This document shows positions 41,759 to 53,973 of a stretch of DNA of 64,000 nucleotides, in pieces. Origin of the DNA: the human T2T-CHM13v2.0 reference genome, Homo sapiens; assembly GCA_009914755.4 (NCBI GenBank), contig CP068257.2:25248001-25312000 (forward strand). Reading direction: 5' to 3'. The notes beneath the pieces are model-generated. The model was not told the origin of the DNA, ran no database searches, and saw only the letters and a program-made list of their open reading frames with translations. Every line of letters starts with the position of its first letter. Position 1 is the first letter of the stretch. The position numbers and the translations under genes are program-made.

Positions 41759-42157
41759 ATAGGTGATTTTAAATGTAGCAACTGTTTACAAATTTGTAAA
41801 TTGCTGTATAACACTGACCATAAGAATAAAACTCTGCTATAGATTTAGAAAATGCTCACTTGTGAAAAATAAGGCATGTTCCATACACAAATATTATACA
41901 CATACACAAGGATTATAACATATATAACTAGAGGGACATTGATTCATATTAAGGGTTCTTGACTTATTCAAAAGCCTGAGTCAGAGGTATATGATCTTGA
42001 AACCCATCTCCACGGCTCATCAAAGGAATTCTTAAGTAAATCATAGAAAAATAGAAAAAGTTTTCTTGCTTTATGGTCTCCTTTACAATGCTGCTTAGGA
42101 AATACTAGTTGTTTTCATGGTTACTTTAAAGTTAAGGTCACACTTTGCCTTCCTTGA

Positions 42158-42195
42158 CAGTGAGTTACACCTTTTACAGTGAGTTACACCTTTTA
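42158..42195. repeat. Perfect 19-bp tandem duplication (cagtgagttacacctttta x2) in the intron, about 220 bp downstream of the first cysteine-rich exon.
   Basis: The unit occupies 42158-42176 and is repeated exactly at 42177-42195. Confidence 0.95.
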
Positions 42196-42417
42196 AATAT
42201 AGCTTTTAAAACATTTACTTGTTCTGTTTATAAAATAATTTTTATTCATTGTGTAAAGTTTGAAAATATAGAAGTTATAGAGATGAAAATAAAAACCTTC
42301 CAAAATCTAACTGACCCCAAACTAATAACTGTTTACGTCTGGCGTCCGCAGGCTTCATTCTACCAAATAATTTCCACCAGTACGCCTACTGCTTCTGGAC
42401 AGTTGGTGTGTAGTTAC

Positions 42418-42593
42418 CTTTGGAGAAAATACCACATAGTAGCCAGTGCCCTTGGCTCTGCAGGTCAGCTTGCACACATCCGCTGGCAGGACACCTGCAT
42501 ATTTGGGAACCCATTCCACAAAAGTTTTGACTCCTTTTGCATCAGACTGATAGCCATTTTTGGCCTCACACTGTTCATGACGAAATGATTTAC
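42418..42593 (-). CDS. ADAMTS exon (176 nt) for the first part of the cysteine-rich domain: (G)KSFRHEQCEAKNGYQSDAKGVKTFVEWVPKYAGVLPADVCKLTCRAKGTGYYVVFSPK.
   Basis: The acceptor is tttctag|GT, with AG at 42595-42594. The donor is AAG|GTAACT, with GT at 42417-42416. The sequence is collinear with ADAMTS1 GKTFREEQCEAHNEF...[35 protein letters not shown]. The 147-aa plus-strand ORF at 42145..42588 is the antisense shadow of this exon. Confidence 0.9.
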
Positions 42594-42825
42594 CTAGAAA
42601 ACAAACATGTTTCAGTATTACCTTATCAGTTCTGAAACTTAGATATATTCTTGTGGGTTTAAATAGTTAATTTTAAGGGGAAGATGCAAACGTGTTTTTT
42701 TTATCCCACAGTCTCTTTACTCACCAATGCTGATGGATTTTATCTATACATAGAGTTCAAAATGGTGATTATTTATTCCAATTCTCTGAATATTGCTTAT
42801 AATAAAACTTAAAAATCACATATGT

Positions 42826-43135
42826 GGCTGGGCGTGGTGCCTCATGCCTGTAATCCCAGCACTTTAGGGGGCCGAGGAGGGTGGATCACAAGGTCAGGAG
42901 TGTGAGACCAGTCTGGCCAACATAGTGAAACCGCGTCTCTACTAAAAATAAAAAATAAAGAAAAAATAACCAAGTGTGGTGGTGTGCACCTGTAATCCCG
43001 GCTACTCAGGAAGCTGAGGCAGGAGAATCATGTGAACCCAGGAGGTGGAGATTGCAGTGAGCCAAGATTGTGCCATTGCACTCCAGCCTGGACAACAGTG
43101 TGAGACTCCATCTCAAAAAAAAAAACAAACAAACA
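42826..43135 (+). mobile_element. Full-length Alu in plus orientation. It fills most of the 687-bp intron between the TSR1 exon and the first cysteine-rich exon.
   Basis: It runs ggctgggcgtggtgcctcatgcctgtaatcccagcactttagggggccgaggagggtggatcac...cattgcactccagcctggacaacagtgtgagactccatctcaaaaaaaaaaacaaacaaaca. Confidence 0.95.
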
Positions 43136-43280
43136 CATAGGTGTTTGTTATTGATCTGCATATTGGTGGAACTGTGCAGTATAAGATTAATATTATTTCC
43201 CCAGCTTCCCTTATTCATTATTGCTAGAATACAAATGACATGTAGCATATGATGGTTGCTGACACTTGGGAGCAGCGTAC

Positions 43281-43464
43281 CATTGGGTGGGCAGGGCATG
43301 AGACTGCAGGAGCGGTAGATGGCCCTCTTCCCTGTGCAGTAGCGTCCGTTGTTTCTGGGAGCAGGGTTATTACAGTGACGATAGGCAAACTGCACTCCTC
43401 CTCCACATGAGCGAGAACACTGGCCCCAGGATCCCCAAGATCCCCAGTTGCCATGGCTTGACGT
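43281..43464 (-). CDS. ADAMTS exon (184 nt) for the central thrombospondin type-1 repeat: [61 protein letters not shown](G).
   Basis: The acceptor is tttcag|ACG, with AG at 43466-43465. The donor is AAT G|GTACGC, with GT at 43280-43279. The WxxWxxWxxCSRxCGGG motif is present. The entry phase is 0 and the exit phase is 1, consistent with the neighbouring exons. Confidence 0.9.
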
Positions 43465-44885
43465 CTGAAATAGAGAATAGAATATATTTTAACTCCAATG
43501 AGAGAAAAACATTGAAAGTGTGCATTTGGAAATCACCTGCATTTAATGACAAAGTGGAAACTTTGTCACAGATACAGTTATATTTTCACTGAATTTAACA
43601 TGATCATGCTTTGGAAATGCAACACATTTCCAGTGCTAAGCAATTCATCTTTTCCACCCTCCCAACTCCAGCACTAGAAGATCTGAAAGCATCATCCTAA
43701 GTACTGAGCACACCACAAAGATTATCACCTTTTGGTTTCTACGGACCGTTGTAAATTATGTCTTCTAATATGGTCCATCTCTGTTAATATCACTGAACCA
43801 TGGTAACTTTTTGTCCACTCTGATGTTGGATCTTTATTGAAACGTATAATGCTGAAGGATCTGCATGGCACTGGGCATTATTTAATTGTGTTTGCATCTC
43901 TTCAGCAGTAAAACTCTGCAGTCCCTTTGTTGACATCCCACATCCTGTCTGTGACTGACTCCATGACGTTCATAAATGTACCGGACCCAACTTGGCTTAA
44001 TTCCTAATTAGATGTGACAGATACTGAAATGCACTCACGCCATACATGCAGACACACCCCTTAGGGAAGGAAGAGCCCTTTTATGGCAACCTAAGTCTGT
44101 TTCTCTGGAAACATTCCTGGAGGGAGCTTAGAGATTCTGAAAGGAAGAATATGATCAGCTGCTTTGCTGAGGGAATCTGTGAATTGCCTCTGGCTGACTG
44201 TGTCAGGTTATCTGATGATGAATGGTTGGGTGATGCCCTGGAAAGATACAGGCAATGGGCACAGGATAATTCTCTTCTAGGGACTTTGCAAATCTTGTGG
44301 GTTGAGAGCGAGCACTTATTTTACTTAGGCCTCGAAAATTAATAGGGCAGTTGCTGACCTGAAGCTGGACTGTGTATATAGTGGCAGACGTGTTTCCCCG
44401 GAGCAGTCATAAGTTACTTTAGCTCCTAAATTTAGATTAACTTATTGTCAAGGGGAAAAAAGTGACCATTTGGAGCTCACCAAATATGTACAAGCACCAC
44501 ATGTATCGGCTCTGCTATTACCTCCTTACTGAATTTAAATACTTATATTCTGATAACTTTAGCAAGAGAAGCTTGAAAGTAAACTTCCCAAAAGCAATTA
44601 ATAGGGTCCTACCTGAGGTCTCAATTAGACAGAATCTGAGTTACATAAGTATTTGTTAAAAGATGTAAACTGCAAGTAAATTCCCAGTATCTGCATTTTC
44701 CCCAGTAAATCTCGGATCACTGAGAATGGCTACTGCGGGTAAAAGAAGAAGCTCTAAATAAACCTCAAAATGAAAAGTTTTTAAATTAGAAAATAAAGCC
44801 TTCTGAGAACAGTGCCCATACCCATCACAAGAATGCACTTCACTTCTTGGGCCTCCAGGCATTGACTGATGAGAAAATCACTTAC

Positions 44886-45169
44886 TGAATAATATTTTTT
44901 CTTGGTTTTGTCCACACATTTGCCCTGCAGGCAGATTCTCCCCTTTCCACAAGGCGTCCCTTCCACCGCAGGCAGCTTCTTGGTCAGACAGACCATCTGG
45001 CCCTGGCGTACCACAGCACACCACAGGCGAGCACAGACATCCATGCCGGGACACACGGAGTACTCAGGCCCGAATGTCAGGTTGCACTGCTGGGTGGCAT
45101 CGTAGGTCTGTCCTGGGAGTTCTTCGGGGCCCAGGATCTGCTTTCGTGGTAGGTCCAGCAAACAGTTAC
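44886..45169 (-). CDS. ADAMTS exon (284 nt) for the start of the disintegrin-like domain: (G)NCLLDLPRKQILGPEELPGQTYDATQQCNLTFGPEYSVCPGMDVCARLWCAVVRQGQMVCLTKKLPAVEGTPCGKGRICLQGKCVDKTKKKYYS.
   Basis: The acceptor is tcagttattcttgtag|GT, with AG at 45171-45170. The first two nucleotides complete the Gly codon begun by the last G of the previous exon, giving DDGHG-NCLLD. The donor is TCA|GTAAGT, with GT at 44885-44884, and is a perfect consensus. The sequence is collinear with ADAMTS1 [40 protein letters not shown]...CINGKCVNKTDRKHFD. Confidence 0.9.
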
Positions 45170-45519
45170 CTACAAGAATAACTGAGATTGACCACGGCTC
45201 TGTGTTTAGGTTTCAAACCGCTAAAATCATGGATCTAAAAATGAAATGCCCCGGCTGGTGTTGGAGCACGAGGTACCCATGAATCTGTAGTGTAATGCTC
45301 TGGAGAGGGACTCCATGGGGACAAGGCTGGGAGCCCCCTTGGACGCACCAGACCCTCCAGGGTTCTCAGGAGTGATGCGCTCCGGAGTGTCTGTAACAAC
45401 AGAGGTGAGGTTGGCAGGGGTGTGATGGAATAAAATGATTCTGTAATGATTAGTTGTGAAAATAGCCCTTGTGCTAAGGCACTAAACAAAATTGGGATGG
45501 ACCTAGAGAAAATCAGATG

Positions 45520-45556
45520 GTGAATTTTAATAATAATAATAATAATGATAATGAAG
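45520..45556. repeat. (TAA)n microsatellite.
   Basis: It reads ttaataataataataataatgataatga. Confidence 0.85.
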
Positions 45557-48381
45557 CATTTACTCTACCACTTTGAGAAACAGAGTTTGTCCTTGGCACT
45601 CTATCTGTATAACCCATTACCCATTTCTAACTCACCCCTTCCCCATGTGCCTATCACATGTCTCCTTTCCACTAATTCCATAAATAATAGCCAAGCTGGC
45701 TCCTCATTCATTCTTACAGTCACTCGACAAGCATTTGTTCAGCACCTACAATGTTCTAGAAAACACACTAGGTATCTGAAATACAGAAAAATGACCCAGA
45801 TCTACCTTTGAAGGCCTTCCAATAAAGTCACAGAGATAAAGTATTTCTCTCAGACTGATATAATTTTAATAAAAAGTTTTCAAGATTCACAGAACAAAGG
45901 AGCAGTGAAAAAAGAAAAAATAGTCTTTGATAATTTAGGATTAAGTTAGTCTTTATACTCTTTGCTTTATGTCTATTTAATGGAATTGGTGTTTGTTGAG
46001 TATTTGGATCTATCTGCCGAAACAAGGTAGGCATCTCATTGCATCATATATGAGGGTGTACAGGCAGAGGGGTGAGATGGGGAATCCACAAAAGCTGGAA
46101 CATGGACGATGAGAATCCAAAACCTTAAATTTGCTTCCTCTTCCTCTCCTTCCCCTCCCCGCAAAAGCTTCCCTAAGAATCCCTGTCCGGTGAGTTAACA
46201 TCATTAATTTTCTTTTGTCACCCACATATGCATGCATATTGCCCATCTGTTTCTGTATTTTTCTGTTTACTTTATTTTAGGATTTACACAATTATTATAA
46301 TAGCAATAAAATAACAAATATTTGTTACACACACTATTCTCCATTCTTTACATATATGAGCTCATTTAATCCTCACCACAACCCCATCAGGCAGATTCTA
46401 GTGCATATTTTATTTATCCTACAGATAAGGAAACTGAGGCCCATAGGAGGCAGACCAGTTACCCAAGGTCACACAGCTGTTATGGTTTCATGCTCAGAGC
46501 CTGCCCTTTTCTTCTGATGCCATATGGCTTCTGTTAGCATGTGAGTAGCTGCCTGATTGTATTGCTGAAGGGCAGCCATGTGTAAGGATCCTTTAAGTGG
46601 TAGATATTGAGCTTAATGGAAGAAACACCCAGTCTGAAGTCTTACTCTGGTGAAATACTAAATGGTTGAGTGCTCCTGGCTAAGTTAGCTAACCTCTCCC
46701 TAATTTATTTTCAAGATCTGCATAATGCTTCTCTTCTCACTGTGATACTGTAAATGTGAAATTAGCTAACAAAGATCTTAAGGGTGACCAGAAAAATACA
46801 AAGCAATGGTAGTTGTATCCCAGTATATTTAACAGCCTTTTAGATGTACTACAGTTATTCTTTTTATTCAACAAAAAAGTCATATTCAAATCCTTATGTG
46901 CCACTGAGAAATAGAATATTCAGCATATTTTAAGTATACTGTAAATTTTTAAGGACTACATTCAAATTTCTTCAAAGTGAATACCTTAGAATTTGTCAAT
47001 CTGTGTTGGGGGCATTATATAAAAATGAATAAAGAGCAAAGTTCCTATTTAACTTCTGAGCCAGAACGTTTGAAGAGGTAAAGCTTCTTAAGGCAAGCCA
47101 GAAAAAGCATTAAAAATAAGAATCCAGCCAAAGAGAACTTTGGGAGAAAAACACCAAGTTAAAAGAAAAACACGAACATCAAGCCGATAGGAAAGAATGA
47201 TAGTAAAAGCTCACTAAGCTTTGTTTATAAGACAGAGTGCGATTAGGGCTTCAGAACTCCACGAAAAACATTATCTTCATTGCAGAATCAAAAAAGAAGT
47301 ACTGTGTAAACTAGGGGATGCTTGGCAGATTGCTGATGTTAGAAGACTGTCAACAAATCTCTGAGTCTGCAATAATGTTTTCCAGTTCTTCAAAAGTGCT
47401 GTTTTAAGAAAGTTTTTAAAAAAAATTTTACTAAAAAGCACAGACCATAAGACTGGGTAACTAAATATTAGCTAGGAAGTCTTTACCATGTGTGCATGCA
47501 CATGGCATGGATCTATCTCATTTTTCTGGAGTCAAAATAACTCACCACCTGACTATGCATACACAGTCACTGACACCTGTTCTACCTCACTAGTAGATGA
47601 CAAGTGAAAAAGAAACGTGTAATGCAAACAATTTGAAATCGGCTTCCAACAAGGAGACTTCAAGATGTGGCATCTCTTTAAAAAGCTTAACTTAGAACTG
47701 TAAGTTTTAAAAATAAATAACACATTAGCTTTCTATTCAAAATAAGATATATCAGCTCTATAATTTTCCCTTAGAGGTCATACATGTGGAGATGATCTTC
47801 TCTTGCTTAAAATAAAATAATTTATTTCAGAATTGCAATTAATGTGTTATGCCAATGTTCTCAGTACTAGGATTTGTAGCTGCATCAATTTCTGTTTATG
47901 CCAAAGCATATATAATTTAATTTTTACATTGAATTATGTCCTTTTGCAACAAAATAGGTACAAGCATCTCTACCAAATGGCAGAATGGTGCCAAGAAACA
48001 GTAACAAAAATCAATACAGAGCCTAAGTCTGAAACTCACAGTATAAAATGTTTAAAATCTAAGTAATAACAGATTGGATATACATTTTATATGTTTAAGA
48101 AATGTATACAGTTTGGGGAAGGAGTAAAAGGGGAAACTGATCAACCTTTCAGTATCATTTCTAGTGAGCTCTAGAGGCATCCAACCTAGTGCTGATTTTT
48201 TTCTTAATCTGTTTTAATTTTATTCTCAACCACTTCTTCACATCTACTTCACATATTTTCTAATTCATCGTAGTCTGAAATTTGATCTGGATCTTCCTGG
48301 GAACACTTTGACCCTTCCCTCCTTCTTCCTTTTGTTTTAACATTGTATATTTATAAATGGATAGACTATAAAATAAAGTCA

Positions 48382-48735
<354 letters not shown>

Positions 48736-48936
48736 TCATGTTAAACTAAATGCTTAAAATAAGGCAAAAAAATAAAAAGTAAAATGTTGTGATTTGAGGC
48801 GAACCAGTAAGAAAATGTGTTGGCAGAATTCCACTAAAGGTGTTTGAAGGAATGCCACGCCTCCAGGAAATGGAACAGAAAAATCTCTAGTTTCATATGT
48901 CTGACTTATAGCACTATTTGTCTCTCATATTAATGA

Positions 48937-49252
<316 letters not shown>

Positions 49253-52200
49253 TCTCAAAGTTGTTGTTCTTTATTGTTTTCAAATTTTTCTTCCCTATTT
49301 CTAGCACTAACATTATTTCCATCTTCTCTTCCTTTTCAATATGCAGGTATGAAATTAAGCATGACCCAAATATTCATGATGCAGGAGAAATCAATTAATG
49401 TTCCTAATCAAACTCATCCGAAGAAGCCTAACACCACTGCTTACAATCTCCCTTTGCTTCCACTCTTCATCTCACTGCCCTTGCCCCTCAGCTTTTAGGT
49501 CTTTACTTGAATGTCTAATGTTAAAAGAAAAATGGGTGCATTTGCCTGCTCTTTGATCACTCATTCTGGGCCCAGTGATATAAGAATGAACAAGAGCACT
49601 TCAAAAAACCAGACAATTGTTGTCAAAAAGCAATTCAAGGGGTCTGGGTATGAAGCTGTTAGATGCATTAGGTATACTGTTGAGCAGATGTAATGGCAAG
49701 GAAATTAAATTAAAGATTCCCTGTGATAGAGGATAAAGGAAAGTTTTTAAAAATATAAGTCACCGTGGCCTTAAACTATATGTCTTATTTTCACACTCTA
49801 TTAAAGAGCATATTTAGTATGAAAATCAAGATACAACCATAGTGTTGGCTTTGAATTTTATTAATGCCACCTTAAAAACTGATGTTAAGCTCTCCTGGCT
49901 AGCTTTAGTCTATATACTTAACAAAAGATTCAGAGAACTGGTTTTCCAATATCATTTTATGTGCAAAGTTCTGTGTTCAGTAAGTGGCTGTAAACTTAGC
50001 TCTTTACACTACATGACGAATTTTCAAAACCATCCATAGATTTTCCTTAGCAACCTGTGTTGTGAGTGTTCTTGAGCTGTATCTACATAAGTCATGGCCT
50101 TTCTCATCATCTGGCACTGTGGACTCAGGGATACAGCAGACACAGCTATCTTTTCTGGACTCAAGGTTAGTAAACATTTGAGAAAGGAAATTCAATAACC
50201 TGCTTTCACTGCACAATTTCTTTGCCAGTGCTTACCTTTATTTTTGAGGATCATACTCCTAGCCAGCTTGCCTAGAGCTAGCTTGTATAAACACTGCAGA
50301 ATGTCTACAAGTATCTTGGCCAAGGTTGGGAGGAGGGGGGTCCCATGAGACATGGCTTCTCCTTTTCTGAATCACAAATCTGCAGACACAGTGACTTTAG
50401 AGTGAGCACGCTGGTTTTTCAACCATAACCTAATTGCTGCATATTTCTTGTTGGAACTAAATCAGGAAACACTCAGTACTAATGAATTTACATTTGGCAG
50501 TGGACGAGTGCTACAAATGTCCAGCTACTTATGGCTAATAATTTTAAAAATAAATCAAATGCTTTGAATTTAACTTTACTCTCCGACCTCATTTCTCCAG
50601 TATTGCTGAAGGTGAGAGGGGGTGGGGTAAGATATTAGACATAAATGGAATTCCCATTTATAATGTACTCTTTAGGTACCATTGAAAAATTGTATATGTG
50701 TTGTCAGATTACCTGCTTAAAAATAGCAAATTGCTTTTCTGCCTTTATACTAGTCACAGTTTAACTTTCCTAGATAACTGAAAGTCATTTTTTTCTGTGT
50801 GTCAATTATTGTATCATGCTGAAATATAGCACTAACTTGAGGGACCATGTTGGTGAGATAGGGCTTTTGACCTTTAGAAAATGGTACCAGACCACTGTGC
50901 CTTTCATGTTTTCAGGCTATTTATAGCCTTTCTCTTATTGTTAAATAATATCATTTCTTGTTCTCAGATTACCTGTCTAAAGTCTCCCCACCCTCATCCA
51001 TCATGACTATTTTATTGCTTAAAAAAATTGAGTGGCCTAGAAAATTAGAACAGAAAAATGGTAGAACTGTAAAATACTAATAAATGGGCTCTGAGTGGAA
51101 GCCTGTGTAGCTTTCTATGAGTAAAGTTAAAAGGTTTTATAATATAGTTTTGTGACATCGTTTAGTCTTCTAACAAAGATGCATCTTTGTTATTCTATCA
51201 TCTTGGACTGTGACTGTCTTCTTAGTTCTCTCCCATGCTCTGTAGTTGAAATGTTAGCACCTCAATCATCTCTAAAGTGGGTTTGGTAGTTTCTATGGCC
51301 ACACTTTCACTTACATTGACTTAAGTGAGCTTTTTGGTTACATTTTAAAAGTTATTAAGTTATTTCAATTCATCTTTAAATAATAGCACTACAGGGAGTA
51401 CCACTGTTTCAATTCTGAATCTGAGTATGCTCTTTTGAAACAAAGTAAGACAGACATAACTGAGCTTTGTCATTGTGCCACACTGCTTTTCTTTGGTTTT
51501 TGTTATTCTGAAATCACTTTATTCATGTTATAAGCTACTGATAAAATAGGATTATTTTTATTGAAACAAAAGGCTGCCTAACCAAACCAAGATATTCAAA
51601 AGTGAGAAAGTCTAGATTGGATGAAAAAAATCAAATAAGTAAACTATAAGCATTTTCTGCTCAAGGAATTTTGATAATTGAATTTATTTAATATATATAC
51701 ATGAGAAATTTAGATACTTTTTTATTAGTGCAAATGAACAAGATCTATTTCTATTAAAATTATGTTCTTAGTTGTTCTCTATCATGAGCCCTTTGGAACA
51801 GAAACAGAGATATAAAAATATGTAAATTTGTTATAAAATCTTTAAAAAATCAGAGCATAGACTCTTTTAAATATAGAATTAATGTTAAAAATGAAGACAA
51901 TGCTGAAAGCATATTTACTGCATAGAAATTAAGATCACAAATTCCATAAACATGAAATAAATGAATCATTCCAAAATTAGGAACAAAATTCTCCACAGCA
52001 TTGTAATTAGCTGACCTAATATTTGCACAGGGAAAAAAATTTGGTCTCATTTTAGCCATAAGTATTTGCTGCCTTAGCAACTAAATCCATTCATTTAGTG
52101 ATTCAAGGTTTAGCTCAACTTCTTGGAATGTGTAACGTGTGATTTTGAAATAAAATATTAATGTTATTTTATTTTCAGAAAACCTGAAAAGAAGTAAAAC

Positions 52201-53805
52201 AGAAAAGCAATATTATACGTGGAGACTTAAGATTCCACCCAAGAAGGACTTTATGAGATACCGACCTGATCAATGTAGATAGGATGATAGTAAGGTAACA
52301 TTCATTTTAGGACTTTATCTGCATTTAATCCACAATGTAAACTGAGCTAAACATAAAATTACCATTGTATTACTGGTCTAAGGAAAAAGCTTCATACGTT
52401 AATTCTTATTGTTGTTTCCAAGTCTTTAAATTATTGACATATTTTTTCAACTAAAAAGGAACTTTTTTTTTGTATTGAGATATATTTTAAACCAAGCTGG
52501 ACTCAGATTGCTTTTCAAAATGAGACAAGCAAATATATAGTAACAGGCAGCTAAAGCCTTACCTGTTCACCACGAATGGAGCAAGAATGGGTTAATGAAC
52601 ATATTTTGACTCCATGGTATCAGAGAACTGTGCAGCTGAATTTCTTTATGTCTGAAATAATTTGAGTTTGTCCATTGTTCTGGTATTATGTAGCCACAGT
52701 TCAAAACAGTCAACATACTAAAAAATTATGGGACATTGAGTCATAAACTTTGTGGAACTGGGAAAAAGACGGTTGTCATAGATTATTCAACTTTGAACCG
52801 TATATCATGAGGTAATTTTATAGAAAATTATTATGATCAATAATTTCTGTCACATTCAATTTAACTACTAGTTTTAGAAACACAAATTTTAAGAGAACAT
52901 AAAATAAATGAGAATATGTCCATTTCTGTAACATAGGAAATTTCAGCTACATAATGTCTGATGATTCTTTAGAGTGCTAATGCATCTATCCTCCTGTGTT
53001 TTTATTACTTTAAAGTACTGAAGAATGCTTGGAAATTTGCAACAGCTTGTTTCAAAGATTACTTAGGGGTCAGAATTTATTATTTCTAAAAATTGTAACT
53101 TCCTCAGTATTTCAATGTAATTTACAGCACTGATCCTAGTCTTACAGAATTTAATAAAGTATGTTGTGCTCTTGAACTATATTTGAAGGATAAAGCCAAA
53201 GATTTTCTTTTGAAGTTCTTAAAGTGTTTTCCCATCATTCAGATTGCTTTTCTATTTCTGTTATGCAGTTTTTACTCTACTTTCAGGAGAATCTCCTATC
53301 AGAATAAAACCAAATTCTTCTAGTCAGTGCAAATCTAGAAAGCTTCCTCTTCTGGGCTTATGTTGCCATAAAGAGAATCCAGTAGAATTGTCACCTACAC
53401 CTTAACTGCACCCCTATAATAGGCATGTAACAAATAATTCTGAGAGTCATATTAATAGCAGGGAAACCAAGATGTCTGCCAAAGTTCTCACAGGAAGCTA
53501 GTGGTAAAAGAAGGAATAAAAGCCAGACTTTCAGGGCACTAGCTAGGCATTCTGTGTGGTCTTCCACACTGCTTCTCCTTTGAAATTTTTCAATTCAAAA
53601 GCCAAAATACCATAGCTAAAATGCCACCAAGGACGTTGGCAGTACATACCCACATATGATCAATTTTCTTGGTCTTTCTTCTGACACTATCCACACAACT
53701 ATTGTCTTAGAGGGCAAGATGAATATTATGAGGATATAATGAAGTCAAACTCCTAAGAATCCCAAATTTTGTTTCTCAGTCTGTGTTCTCCTAAATGATA
53801 CATAC

Positions 53806-53973
53806 CATGGCCATCATCCAGGAATTCTGTGATGGTGGCTGAAGTGCATTTGGACCAGGGCTTAGATGCATCAATGCTGGTAAGGATGGAAGACATTAAG
53901 CGCTTATCTTCTGTGGAACCAAAGGTCTCTTCACAGAATTTGGAATCGTCATGGGAGAGGCCAAGTAAATGTC
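53806..53973 (-). CDS. Coding exon (168 nt) of an ADAMTS-family zinc metalloprotease. It covers the C-terminal part of the catalytic domain: (HELG)HLLGLSHDDSKFCEETFGSTEDKRLMSSILTSIDASKPWSKCTSATITEFLDDGHG. This completes the metzincin motif HExxHxxGxxHD and includes the Met-turn region (RLMSS).
   Basis: Stop-free minus-strand frame. The acceptor is ctgttgtctcccttag|GA, with AG at 53975-53974, and the exon enters in phase 1, so an upstream exon must end ...CAT GAR YTN G to give HELG. The donor is GGC CAT G|GTATGT, with GT at 53805-53804. The translation aligns with ADAMTS1 HVFNMPHDDAKQC...[20 protein letters not shown]. Confidence 0.85.

Noticed and set aside
42145-42588. A 147-aa plus-strand ORF.
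   Set aside because: It is the antisense shadow of the minus-strand ADAMTS cysteine-rich exon at 42418-42593. It has no homology of its own.
43006-43454. Minus-strand ORFs 43006..43395 and 43224..43454, which extend beyond or across the TSR1 exon.
   Set aside because: One reads through the donor at 43281 into the intronic Alu. The other is an alternate frame of the exon. Only 43281-43464 is supported by splice sites and homology.
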